Assembly (NCBI GenBank): GCA_963772455.1
Contig: CAVYXJ010000007.1
Span: 384,001 to 448,000 of the forward strand
Source of the DNA: Candidatus Bathyarchaeota archaeon
GTDB taxonomy: Archaea; Thermoproteota; Bathyarchaeia; Bathyarchaeales; Bathycorpusculaceae
DNA: 64,000 bases
Direction of reading: 5' to 3'
Part shown: positions 19,043-29,163 of the stretch, piece after piece
How positions within the stretch are numbered: the stretch's first letter is position 1
How the letters are laid out: each line of letters starts with the position of its first letter
Translations under genes and position numbers: made by a program
The notes under the pieces: generated by a model
The model's database searches: none
What the model saw: only the letters and a program-made list of their open reading frames with translations
Told to the model about the DNA's origin: nothing

Positions 19043-19432
19043 TTGGTGCATAACTTGATACTACCGTGTGAAGTAGGAGTAAAGACTGTCCTTCCAGCAG
19101 TAAAGGCAATCATGGCAAGGTCCATTGTTGAAAAACATGGCTTAAACGAAAAACAAACCGCTGACCTTCTTGGCTTATCACAATCTGCAGTCAGCAGATA
19201 CATAAGCAGAGAAAGAGGAAATCTATTAAACATCGAAGGCACACCTGAAGTGCTTGCCTTAATAGACCAAATGGTAACTCACATTATAAAAGTACCAGAT
19301 AATAAAACGGAAATTCTAAATCTCTTTTGTCAAACTTGCACGACCATCCGGGAAAAAGGTTTAATGTGTCCAGCCTGCCAAAAACAAATGCCCCAAGCTT
19401 GGGCGGAAAAATGTTTGTTCTGCCAAAAATAA
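19043..19432 (+). CDS. HTH transcriptional regulator (COG2522-like) with C-terminal Cys motifs
   Basis: LPCE...LPAVKA, ADLLGLSQSAVSRY...RG; CQTC, CPAC, CLFC. Confidence 0.8.
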   Translation: MVHNLILPCEVGVKTVLPAVKAIMARSIVEKHGLNEKQTADLLGLSQSAVSRYISRERGNLLNIEGTPEVLALIDQMVTHIIKVPDNKTEILNLFCQTCTTIREKGLMCPACQKQMPQAWAEKCLFCQK

Positions 19433-19579
19433 ACAAGCAATTAAGATTTACTGAAAACGTTTTAACTTTTTTTAAGGAATCCGCGTGTACTTCGATGAGA
19501 ACTCTGTCTTAGATACGATAGAAAAAGTTAGCAAAAGTGTGGTTAACAATAATAACCATAAAACTTGTTCATAACATTT

Positions 19580-19628
19580 TCAATCAGGTAGTGCCAGTGA
19601 GTGGCACGGGGTCTGGCAGCATCATCGA
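19580..19628 (-). ncRNA. Candidate atypical C/D-box (K-turn) small RNA
   Basis: Minus strand: TCG-ATGATG...CTGA-TTGA terminal stem, internal GTGCCA/TGGCAC hairpin, TTAAAA about 20-25 nt upstream. Confidence 0.4.
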
Positions 19629-19703
19629 CAACGAAAGGAAACTCTTTTTTAAGTTGTTGCTCAGTGGAATGCATTAGCAAAAATTATCACCGGATAGATT
19701 TTT

Positions 19704-20129
19704 GTGGATCAAAACCAAATAAAGGAGATTCTTGAAAAATACAAAGTTATAGCGGTTGTTGGGCTATCCAAAGACCCTAAAAAAGTTAGCTACAAAGTAA
19801 GCTCTTACATGCAGCGAAATGGCTATAGCATCATACCTGTGAATCCCTTTGTTGATGAGGTTTTGGGTGAAAAAAGCTATAGAAGCCTTTTGGATGTTCC
19901 TGTTGAAATCCAAAGAACCCTTGAAATTGTTAACATTTTCAGAAAAGCCGAGGATGTTCCGCCGATTGTTGAGCAAGTCAATGAGCTGAAAATGAGATTG
20001 GGCAGACCTTTTGTAGTTTGGATGCAGTTGGGCATTGTAAATGAGGAGGCGGCTGAATCGTTGAGGCTATCTGGATTGGTTATAGTTATGGACAAGTGCT
20101 TAATGATTGAACATCAACACTTATTTTGA
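19704..20129 (+). CDS. CoA-binding protein (YccU-like)
   Basis: IAVVGLS, IIPVNP, IFRK, VWMQLGI, VMDKC. Confidence 0.9.
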   Translation: MDQNQIKEILEKYKVIAVVGLSKDPKKVSYKVSSYMQRNGYSIIPVNPFVDEVLGEKSYRSLLDVPVEIQRTLEIVNIFRKAEDVPPIVEQVNELKMRLGRPFVVWMQLGIVNEEAAESLRLSGLVIVMDKCLMIEHQHLF

Positions 20130-20133
20130 GCGC

Positions 20134-20997
20134 TTAGGCCCCGCCCAGAAGCAGAGAAGCTACAGTTGCGATAATTACGATAGCAATTGTTTCCAGCAAG
20201 GATATTTTCCAATTAACTCGAGTTTTCTTTGAGCGATACCTTGCCAAGAAAACGCCGGAGATTACTGCAACAAGAATGAGTGACACCACAACGTTGTAGA
20301 TTGGCGGCAGAATAAGGTAAGTGGCTATGGGAATGATACCTGCTATGAAAGTTGTGGTTCCACAAATTATTGCCGCGTAAAGATTCGATCTATGAATCTG
20401 TTTTCCCAACAACGTGAACAATTTCTGCACCAACATTAAAGATTTATCACGTTCTTTTTTGTCGGGAATATCACTTAAACTATAGTTCATCAAGTTCTGT
20501 AACGTCATAATGTCGTTTAAGTCTTCGGTGATTCCTCCGAGTAGAAAGCTTGAGAAGTTTGTAATTGCTACGGCACTAAGAGTTAGGAAAGCGGCGAAAA
20601 CTACGGTTTTAGGGTCTCCTAGAAGAGTGGTGCTTGAGGTTAATGTGGCAATGAAAGCTGAAAGAATTACCACTAAACTGGTTATTGATCCATCGACTAA
20701 ACCAGCTACAACTTCCATAATGGGTTCCTTTTTGAGCAGCAGACTTTCCCATTCTTTGCCAAGTCTTTGTCCTTGCGACGTTAATTGTACAATTCCATCT
20801 TTTTCTGTGAGGAGCCCTTCAATACTCATTTCTTTTAATGCTTTATCGAGCTCGCTCATGTCTATGCAGGCATAGTTAAGGCAGACACGGTCAATTCGGC
20901 TTTTTAATGTTGATTTTTTTATTCTAGCGCCTTTGCTTAGGTTTAATAGAACAATAACTCTGATAACATCAGGCAACTCTTGAATTTCAAAGGCCAC
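20134..20997 (-). CDS. VIT1/CCC1-like membrane protein with N-terminal winged-helix domain
   Basis: EVVAGLVDGSITSLVVI resembles VIT1 TM1; TFIAGIIPIATY; N-terminal helical wHTH ending VQLTSQG. Confidence 0.6.
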   Translation of the reverse strand: MAFEIQELPDVIRVIVLLNLSKGARIKKSTLKSRIDRVCLNYACIDMSELDKALKEMSIEGLLTEKDGIVQLTSQGQRLGKEWESLLLKKEPIMEVVAGLVDGSITSLVVILSAFIATLTSSTTLLGDPKTVVFAAFLTLSAVAITNFSSFLLGGITEDLNDIMTLQNLMNYSLSDIPDKKERDKSLMLVQKLFTLLGKQIHRSNLYAAIICGTTTFIAGIIPIATYLILPPIYNVVVSLILVAVISGVFLARYRSKKTRVNWKISLLETIAIVIIATVASLLLGGA

Positions 20998-21239
20998 TCT
21001 AAATAGTCACCATTACAACAACACTCAAACTATCTTTTGGAGAACCTAATAACTTTTTTGCGGTCTTAAAATTTAATAAGATGACCGATTTAGCCTCTTT
21101 AGGTTCTGCAATCATTGTAAGTAGACTCTAGCAAATTAGTTTGAAAAGCAAGTTTAATGTCTTGAGCAATTTGCGATGGTAAATGTTAGGAACGTTTATT
21201 TTTTGGGCTATTGAATGTTCTGGTTACAGGTAAGCAACT

Positions 21240-22475
21240 TTGGCTAACGTTAAGGTTACGAAGCGTGCAAGCAACATCGAATACGCGATACGCGACGTCA
21301 TAGTTCACACTCAGGAACTGATCAAGAACGGCAAAAAAATCTATTACCTAAACATCGGCGACCCCGCTGCATTCGACTTTAAAACGCCGCAGTATGTCAA
21401 AGATGCCCTGTGTAAAGCAATTGACGAGGATAATAATTATTATTCAGTTTCCGAAGGCAGACCTGAACTTCGCGAAGCGATTGTACGTAAAGAAAAAAGA
21501 GTCAACAATGTCGATATCACCTCTAACAACGTCATAATAACTGAAGGAATTTCGGAGGGAATCGAGATGGTTCTCGCGGCTTTGGTTGAGAAGGGAGATG
21601 AAATCCTTTTCCCAGGACCAACCTATCCACCTTACATTTCCTACACTAAATTCTTTGAAGGCACGCCAGTCAGCTATGAAACTATCGAAGATGAAGGGTG
21701 GATACCAAACATCGATGATTTACGCAGCAAAATCTCGCCTAAAACCCGCGCCATCGTCATCACTAACCCCAACAACCCTACAGGCAGCGTTTATAGTGCA
21801 AAATGTATCAAGGAAATGCTCGATATTGCTGGCGAACATGACTTGCCTGTTCTCTCAGATGAAATTTATGATCAATTAACCTATGAAAAACCATTCGTAA
21901 GCACCGCAAACCTCTCTAAAGACGTGCCAGTAGTCGGGTTAAATGGATTCTCGAAAGTTTACCAGATGACTGGGTGGCGCTTGGGCTACATGTACTTTAA
22001 AGGTGAGGGCAAGCAACTTGACGACTTAAAAATGGGTGTTGAGAAGCAATGCCGAATCCGATTATGCGCCAACACACCCGTGCAGATAGCAGGAGCAGCT
22101 GCACTTGAGGGTCCACAAGACTTCGTGAAAGGAATTGTTGACCGACTAAGAGAAAGACGCGACTTCGCTTGGAAACGCCTAAACGAAATCGAAGGCATCA
22201 GCGCAACCAAACCCGAAGGCGCATTCTACATCTTCCCAAAAATTCACGATGTCGGCACAAGATGGAAATCCGACAAGGAATTTGTCGTTCAACTGCTCAA
22301 GGAAACAGGCGTTTTAATCGTTAATGGTTCAGGATTCGATCCAATCTACGGTAAAGACCATGCAAGAATAGTATTTCTGCCGCCCTGTGAAGAGCTTGAA
22401 GATGCCTTCAATTGCCTAGAACAGTTTATGAAGAAGAAAGAGAAAACAAGCCGTAGCCATGTAGGTCACGGTTAA
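21240..22475 (+). CDS. Class I/II PLP aminotransferase (alanine aminotransferase-like)
   Basis: EYAIRD, LNIGDP, NPNNPTG, SDEIYD, GFSKVYQMTGWRLGY. Confidence 0.9.
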   Translation: MANVKVTKRASNIEYAIRDVIVHTQELIKNGKKIYYLNIGDPAAFDFKTPQYVKDALCKAIDEDNNYYSVSEGRPELREAIVRKEKRVNNVDITSNNVIITEGISEGIEMVLAALVEKGDEILFPGPTYPPYISYTKFFEGTPVSYETIEDEGWIPNIDDLRSKISPKTRAIVITNPNNPTGSVYSAKCIKEMLDIAGEHDLPVLSDEIYDQLTYEKPFVSTANLSKDVPVVGLNGFSKVYQMTGWRLGYMYFKGEGKQLDDLKMGVEKQCRIRLCANTPVQIAGAAALEGPQDFVKGIVDRLRERRDFAWKRLNEIEGISATKPEGAFYIFPKIHDVGTRWKSDKEFVVQLLKETGVLIVNGSGFDPIYGKDHARIVFLPPCEELEDAFNCLEQFMKKKEKTSRSHVGHG

Positions 22476-22477
22476 AA

Positions 22478-23363
22478 TTAGACTTTTGTACCGTTTTTTG
22501 GGTTTTCGATTACTTTCTGGAACTCAACCATTAGTTTTTTTGTTAATGGTCCTGGTTTTCCATCACCGATTATTCGTTTGTTAACTTCCCGGATGGGCAC
22601 CATCTCCATTGCTGTGCCCGTGAAGAAGGCTTCATCAGCAGTGAAGAGCATAAACGGGGTCAGATTAGTAATAATTAGATCTAAACCGAGTTTTGCGCAC
22701 ACTTCTGCAACAACGTCTGCGGTGATACCTGCAAGGGCTCCTGTTGAAGTAGGCGGAGTAAAAATTTCGCCATCTTTAACGATAAAGATGTTTTCGCCTA
22801 CGCCTTCTGCTATGCAACCACTCGCTTCTAGGCAGATAGCTTCGTCAACGCCGTTTGCATTGGCTTCAATCTTTGCCAAGACGCTGTTGAGGTAGTTGAG
22901 TGATTTTATCTCGTGTGTTGTTGCGTCCACGGGGTTTCTGCGAACCCAGCTGAACATTGTTGTAATGCCAACTTCTTTGGCGTTTCCTGCTTTGATGTTT
23001 ATTGTGTCCGTTATGACTATGACTAGTGGGTTTGGGGCATTTACGTGGGTCTAGTCCCAAGTCGCCCAGACCTCTTGAGACGATTAAGCGGATGTAGGAG
23101 TCTTTCATCTTGTTTTTGCGCAATGTTTCGATAACTGCTTTGGTCATTTCCTCTTTGGTTAGTGGGATTTGAAGCATTATGGCATGTGCGCTTCGGTATA
23201 GACGGTCGATGTGTTCTTTGAGTTTGAAGACGATACCGTTGTATTCTCGGATGCCTTCAAAAACGCCGTCGCCATAGAGAAAACCGTGGTCGTAGACGGA
23301 GATTTTAGCCTGTGATTTAGGATAGAATTCACCGTCGATGTAGACTTGTAATTCATTGGTCAT
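22478..23363 (-). CDS. ilvE: Branched-chain amino acid aminotransferase, split by one apparent +1 frameshift near 23025
   Basis: [15 protein letters not shown] in 5' ORF; [26 protein letters not shown] in 3' ORF. Confidence 0.92.
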
Positions 23364-23458
23364 TTATTTTCCACTTCTTGGATTACTGTTTCTATATTGT
23401 CCAATTCTTTGATATAGCTATCGTTAGTGATACATATTATTCGTTTACGACTGATTTA

Positions 23459-25368
23459 TTAACCGTGAAATTGCGGACGCTTAGACATGTACATGGGCAA
23501 TGGCAGAGGTTTGAAAGGTTTACCAACGATTTTTTGTGATACTTTCTCAATTAATTGTTCTACAGTCATGTTTTGCTGTTGACCCTTAAGTTCGCGATCA
23601 CGCACCGACAGCATGCCAGATTCGATTTCCTTGTCACCCACAACTATGATATATGGCACCCATTCCTGTTCCGCTTCACGGATTTTCTTCTGAAGCGTAG
23701 CTGAGGAATCGTCAATGTCTACTCTTATGCAATGAGACGAAATTTGTGTAGCAAGCTCTTCGAGTTTGTCAAGGAATTTATCTGAAATTGGAATAAGCCT
23801 CACTTGGGTGGCTGAAAGCCAGAGGGGCAACATTGGTGCTTTTCCAGCCATCTGTTCTCGGTAAGCTTTTTCCAGTAATGCGTAGATGTCTCGTTCAATG
23901 GCACCGCTTGGGCTACAATGTAAAATTAGACGGATATTGTTTCTCGCCTTTTTCATCAACGAAAGTGATTTCGTAGCGTTTAGCGTTTTCAACATCAATT
24001 TGGTCAGTGCTTAGAGCTGCTGCTTTGTCCTGGTTGTCTATAAAGTTGAGGTCCCATTTAAGTGCGAAATAGAAGAATCTCTCGTTCCAAACTTCAGCTA
24101 ATATAGGCTTCCCGAAAGCTGTTGCTAATTCGGTTATGAAGTCTTTGTGTTCAGCGTAGAAGTCTTTTGTGAAACGCATTGCAATTTCGTAATCGTCTTT
24201 AACTAAGCCGATGTTACTGAGAACATCGATACATAGGTTGAATCGGATCATAAACTCTTTTTTGGCTTGGTTGAGGTCAGTACAGAAAGCGTGACAGTCG
24301 GGCATAGTAAATGCGCGAAGACGTTTTAATCCAACGACTTCACCGCTTTTTTCTCGGCGGAAACTGTATCGTGTTAATTCGTAAAGTTTTATGGGCATTT
24401 GTTTGTAACTGAATTGTGCGTCATGGGCCATTAGGAATTGACCAAAGCATGCTGCAAAGCGCAGAAAGAGTTCCTTGTCTTCGGATTTGAGAACGTATTG
24501 GCGAGCTGGGAAACGGTTTAGGTAGCTTTTAAGGCTTGGATGGTTAAAATCATACATTATGGGAGTCTCAACTTCCATGCCCCCGTAAGCTGCCACTTTA
24601 TTTGTGACGTATTGTTCGAGGAGAGATTTTATCATACGTCCTTTTGGGTACCACCGAATGTTGCCTGGGTCACTTCCTGGTTCGTAGTCGGCGATTTCCA
24701 GACGTTTCATTAATGGTACGTGGGGAGGCATCACTGTTACTGCACGGGTTTTTTTAATCTCATAATTAGAGAATTTCTGTAAGTTAGCATGTCCTTTGAA
24801 TTTGAATTCTTCTATGGGCACAAGTGAACCATCAGTTTGGAGGATGTGCCAAAAAGATTTCATGGTATCCTCGGCTTTGAGGGCTGCTGAAACAGGTTGT
24901 TCCTCTTTTTTGGGTTCACAAGGAGCTTGCGGTTCTGCCGTGGCTACCGAAGCTAGTACTGGGGTGTAGCTGCGTGCCTGTTCAGCTAATGGATGACCTT
25001 TGATTGATATCGTAAATTGTTTATTCCAACCAAATGGTGCACTGTAGGTTTCAATGCCTTTCTCTTTGGCGTATGCTTCCATGCTCTTTGATTATTTTTA
25101 GAGCTTCGGAGGGCTGAGATAGGTTGCTGCTCAGGTGAGCAAACGGGTAAATCAGGATTCGGTTGGCTTTGAGTTTACCCAAAAAAGCCCTAACATCGTT
25201 GATGGCTTTCTGAGCCATTGCAGATGTATCGCCCTCTTCAATAGCGGTGAAGAGCACGACGACTTCTTCAACGCGATTCTCAACCTTCTCGGCTTCTTCA
25301 GCAATGTTGATTTCTTTTTCTACAGGTTTGAAAACTATAAAGTTGGAATGCAACTGTAAAATTCGCAT
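23459..25368 (-). CDS. thrS: Archaeal-type threonyl-tRNA synthetase, split by apparent +1 frameshifts near 25084 and 23930
   Basis: [16 protein letters not shown] editing domain; [19 protein letters not shown]; [12 protein letters not shown] and anticodon-binding domain. Confidence 0.94.
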
Positions 25369-25383
25369 TTTAAATGCCTCTTG

Positions 25384-25584
25384 TTAACCGTAACGCCACT
25401 TGTCAAGGGTTTTGTCTTTCTTTGTTTTCTTTTTGAATTCTTTGTAGTGATCTTTGCATAGGTAAGCACGTTTATCGGCACTTCCAACGTTTAATCCAGC
25501 AGCTTTCACTTTGTCAACTGATAATGAACGTTCAGCTACTTTACCGCAGACGCTACATTTTTCTCCTTTGTCTATACGCCCCAT
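25384..25584 (-). CDS. Small basic conserved archaeal protein, putative Zn-binding
   Basis: CSVCG...YLCKDHYKE. Confidence 0.7.
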   Translation of the reverse strand: MGRIDKGEKCSVCGKVAERSLSVDKVKAAGLNVGSADKRAYLCKDHYKEFKKKTKKDKTLDKWRYG

Positions 25585-25625
25585 ATTCTACGCCTTGTCA
25601 AGTTTAACAACGTACTATGCTGCTA

Positions 25626-26549
25626 TTACTTAAGTTTCTTTTCATACAAAGAATTTGCTCTTTGGTAAATCTCTTCTTTTTTACCAAAATAAGTAGGTCC
25701 TATTCCTTCAACAACACATGAAGCTGCCGCAGATCCAACGCTAGCGCACCAGAGTGATTCTTTTTGGCGAAGATATTCAGCTAAGAAACTTCCGATGAAA
25801 ACGTCTCCGGCACCTGTTGGATCAACAAGAACCTGTGATGGACAAGCTTCAACGTTGTATTGGGCACCTTCAACAGAAAGAACAGAGCCTTTTGCGCCCA
25901 TAGTTACGATGACGGTTTCTACTCCTACGTCATGAATCGCTTTTATTGCGTGTTTGAGATCTGATTCACCAGTTAATGCATAGATTTCGTTTTGTGATGA
26001 CTTAAAAATGTTGATTAGACTAAAGATTCGATAATCTACGCCGGCATTTTCAGTTACGTTTCCTGCTTCATCAAAACTTCGAAGTAAACCCTGAGGATCA
26101 AGTGATAAAACATCAGCGCATCCTTTTAGGCGCTCGACGAGTTCATAGGGAATTTCATTTGCAATCGGTGCTATATGAACGGCTTTTGCACGAAAATCTT
26201 TGGGCACATCATCTGGACTTAATGCGGGTCCTTTGCTTTTCAGCTTCAAAGTTCGTTCAGAAAGATCTTTGGTGTAAGAAAGCTCAAAACAAGTTGTTGG
26301 TTCACTAGCAGATTTAGTGACACATGAGAGGTCAATTCCTTCTTGCCCAAGCCACCAAAGGTAAGCTTCTGGAAAGTTTTCGCCGACTTTAGATATAACT
26401 GAAGCCGTAGCATCCAAACTTTTGGCGGCGAAAGAAGTGTAAGTTGCAGCCCCACCTAAAACAACAAATGGCTTAGTTCGACTTGGCAGAATAATGGTAT
26501 CGATTGATAAGTGTCCGACAACTGCTATGTCACTGATTTGAACAGCCAT
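25626..26549 (-). CDS. PfkB-family carbohydrate/nucleoside kinase
   Basis: GGAATY, DPQG, DPTGAGDVF. Confidence 0.9.
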   Translation of the reverse strand: MAVQISDIAVVGHLSIDTIILPSRTKPFVVLGGAATYTSFAAKSLDATASVISKVGENFPEAYLWWLGQEGIDLSCVTKSASEPTTCFELSYTKDLSERTLKLKSKGPALSPDDVPKDFRAKAVHIAPIANEIPYELVERLKGCADVLSLDPQGLLRSFDEAGNVTENAGVDYRIFSLINIFKSSQNEIYALTGESDLKHAIKAIHDVGVETVIVTMGAKGSVLSVEGAQYNVEACPSQVLVDPTGAGDVFIGSFLAEYLRQKESLWCASVGSAAASCVVEGIGPTYFGKKEEIYQRANSLYEKKLK

Positions 26550-26679
26550 TTCTAATCACTTGAATATTAAATCAAGTCATATATAGGATTAATCATAGCT
26601 AAACAGAGTGTTAATCAAAAAAATAGATTTGAGTTTTTTATGCGATAAATTTTAATAACTTTGTTTGCTCAGAAAGTTC

Positions 26680-26742
26680 GGCTATGGCATTAGCCTTGGC
26701 ACAAGCCAGAACTGCAGCCGAGTGGATGCTGATAATGCCTAC
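26680..26742 (+). promoter_or_regulatory. Fluoride riboswitch (crcB motif)
   Basis: GGCTA-TGGCAT-TAGCC stem whose loop pairs with ATGCC; AACTGC...GCTGATAATGCCTAC; directly upstream of crcB. Confidence 0.85.
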
Positions 26743-26765
26743 CTACAAGTGTTGAAGGTAAGCAT

Positions 26766-27155
26766 ATGAAATGGATTGAATTTGTCCTCCTGGCAGTCGG
26801 CGCGGTAATTGGAGCTTTTTTACGTTACAAACTAGTTGAGTCGCCCATTGCAGTTTATGGTTTACCCGTTAATGTTTTAGTTGTGAATGTTTTGGGAAGT
26901 TTTATTTTGGGTTTGTTCTCAGTTTTGTCGATTGGACTTAACTTGGAGCCTCAATATACTTTACTTGCGGCAGTTGGGTTCTGTGGGTCTTTTACTACAA
27001 TGTCTTCTTTCGCGCTCGAATCAAGCAACCTTGCTGACGCAAACCGTTTTAGTTTAATGGCACTAAATATATTGACTAATGTTGGCTTGTCATTGGGTGC
27101 AATATTTGGTGGAAGAATGCTTGGTGATGTAATTATGGAGCGGTTTTTGCGTTGA
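26766..27155 (+). CDS. crcB: Fluoride channel Fluc/CrcB
   Basis: GAFLRY, VNVLGSF, GFCGSFTTMSSF. Confidence 0.95.
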   Translation: MKWIEFVLLAVGAVIGAFLRYKLVESPIAVYGLPVNVLVVNVLGSFILGLFSVLSIGLNLEPQYTLLAAVGFCGSFTTMSSFALESSNLADANRFSLMALNILTNVGLSLGAIFGGRMLGDVIMERFLR

Positions 27156-27463
27156 GACAAAAAATGTGGGATTTAACAATTAGAATAAAGAAGAATGATG
27201 AGGTTGGAGGTAAACGTCTTCAGGCTCTTATTATTGATTGTCTTGTGAAAGCTGGGATTGAAGGAGCTACGGTTTGGACGGGTGTTAATGGATTTGGGAA
27301 ACGCGGTAAATCTACATTACATCTTGAAGGGGTTTCTGTGAATATGCCTTTAATTATTGAGGTCGTGGATACTCCAAAGAAGCTTGAACCATTGTTGCCT
27401 GACCTAAAGTTAATTGTAGGCGACAATGGTTTATTGACAATCCAAGAAACGTTTGTTATATAG
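27152..27463 (+). CDS. DUF190 (PII-like) protein
   Basis: GIEGATV..GVNGFG, PLIIEVVD; usual crcB neighbour. Confidence 0.88.
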   Translation: MRQKMWDLTIRIKKNDEVGGKRLQALIIDCLVKAGIEGATVWTGVNGFGKRGKSTLHLEGVSVNMPLIIEVVDTPKKLEPLLPDLKLIVGDNGLLTIQETFVI

Positions 27464-27594
27464 CAACAAAAAGTTTTTTCACCAAACCTAAAACGTTTGA
27501 GATAAAATAAAATGCCTAAATTTTTTGAAAAGGTACCTATTTCATCTTAAGCTGTTAAATGTTGATTTGATTGATGTAAAAAATAAATTTGGGG

Positions 27595-27960
27595 TTAAGA
27601 CTGAAGCAGCAAAATAGCTTTTGCCAAATCGCCATCGGCTTCTTGAAGCGCTTCCTTGGCTTTCTCAAGGCTCTTACCTGTTTGGTCAGCGACTAACTGC
27701 ACATCTTCTTCAGAGAACGCTGGTTTCGCTGCTGCAGAGGCGCCTCGTTGTGTTGGAGATTGTTCAGAAACTTGTCCGCCGATAACTTGGTACATTTTTT
27801 GTCCCTGAACCTGCAAAATGGCCACTTCAGGCTCATCGATAACTATGTCTTTTTCTGAAGTCCTAATGATGACTTGCTGAACATCAGCAACTGAGTCCAT
27901 GTTCATGCCCATTCGCTGCATCATACGTTTCTGCTCTCGGGAATTCATACGCTTATGCAT
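27595..27960 (-). CDS. nac: Archaeal nascent polypeptide-associated complex
   Basis: RMMQRMGM, VIIRT, EEDVQLVADQTG...GDLAKAIL UBA domain. Confidence 0.92.
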   Translation of the reverse strand: MHKRMNSREQKRMMQRMGMNMDSVADVQQVIIRTSEKDIVIDEPEVAILQVQGQKMYQVIGGQVSEQSPTQRGASAAAKPAFSEEDVQLVADQTGKSLEKAKEALQEADGDLAKAILLLQS

Positions 27961-28060
27961 AGATTTCACTTCACCAAGTATTCTGCACTAGAACTTGATA
28001 TACTTAACTTTATGTCAATGAATTAATTTAATCTGAAATCTAACGGAAAATTTTACAAAT

Positions 28061-28528
28061 TTAGCTTTCTTTTGCGCCGTGTCTGATTTTGACGGCTACG
28101 CCTGTTTTGAAAGCTTTCATTTCTTCGCTCGAAAGCATTGTGCGTCCTACTGCCAGAACTATCCCGTCTTCGTCGATGGCGATAACCTCATCTTTGGCGC
28201 CAACTTCTGGATCGACCTTAACTACGTGTACTGCGAAGACGTCTCCTCCAGCGGCGATAAACTTTGAAACATCATTTTTAACTGTTACAAAACATTTGGC
28301 AAAGGGTGTTTTCTGTGCCATTGTTTGTGCAGCTTTTAGGCTAAGCGAAAGAACCCCGTCAGTGGGACGTAAAGTAGCAAGTCGCTCACCATCCAGGGTA
28401 ATGAACCGTATACGACCTGTTCGCGGTGAATACTGGATCTCAATGTTATCAGGAAAAAGCTGTACACCTACACCTTTTCCAAATTGGTAGTCAGCTATAC
28501 TTCTTACTTTAGCCAGATTATTGGTCAT
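28061..28528 (-). CDS. PUA-domain protein (arcTGT C-terminal-like)
   Basis: IADYQFG, SPRTGRIR, TLRPTDG, GVAVKIRHG. Confidence 0.85.
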   Translation of the reverse strand: MTNNLAKVRSIADYQFGKGVGVQLFPDNIEIQYSPRTGRIRFITLDGERLATLRPTDGVLSLSLKAAQTMAQKTPFAKCFVTVKNDVSKFIAAGGDVFAVHVVKVDPEVGAKDEVIAIDEDGIVLAVGRTMLSSEEMKAFKTGVAVKIRHGAKES

Positions 28529-28611
28529 GAATGTTCACGCTTGAAGCTATTTTTGTTTCGACAAGTATAAACATAACAAGATTATAAAGACAGTTAAAAG
28601 GTGAATGTTTC

Positions 28612-29163
28612 TTGAGATGTGAAGTTTGTGGACGTAAAATACACGATGAACCAGTAAGGGCAGTTATTGAAGGAGCCAAATTAACCGTTTGTGTTGAATG
28701 CTCTAAGCATGGAAAAATAATTTTGCATGAAGAAGCATTCTTACCACTACCACAAAAAACTTCGTCGGGAACTGTCCTTAAGCCTGGAAAGCCTGTTCCG
28801 TTGGTTCAGCGAAGAAGATCAGATATTCCTCAAGTTGCTCTAACCAAGGAACTCACCGATGATTACGCTAACAAAATAAGAGTTGCAAGAGAAAAACTTC
28901 TACTCAGTCATGAGGAATTGGGCTTAAAAATTAATGAAAAAGCCTCAGTACTAAGACATATTGAAACGGGAAAGATGGCGCCTGACAATCTTTTAGCTTC
29001 AAAACTTGAGCATATGCTTAGAATCCAGTTGTTGGTTAATGTTTCCAATGAAAAATCTACAACTCAGGTTCATAAAGCGGCTACTGAAGAGTTAACTTTA
29101 GGTGACCTCGTCGAAATGAATGAGAAAAGTGGGGAGGCACCCTCTAAACGAAAGCAATCATAG
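28612..29163 (+). CDS. mbf1: Archaeal multiprotein bridging factor aMBF1
   Basis: CEVCG...VCVEC Zn ribbon, HTH IRVARE...IETGK, LTLGD. Confidence 0.9.
   Translation: MRCEVCGRKIHDEPVRAVIEGAKLTVCVECSKHGKIILHEEAFLPLPQKTSSGTVLKPGKPVPLVQRRRSDIPQVALTKELTDDYANKIRVAREKLLLSHEELGLKINEKASVLRHIETGKMAPDNLLASKLEHMLRIQLLVNVSNEKSTTQVHKAATEELTLGDLVEMNEKSGEAPSKRKQS

Noticed and set aside
23459-25368. Programmed frameshifting or a naturally split ThrRS
   Set aside because: Breaks fall within domains, have no slippery sequence, and match the single-base insertions in other genes
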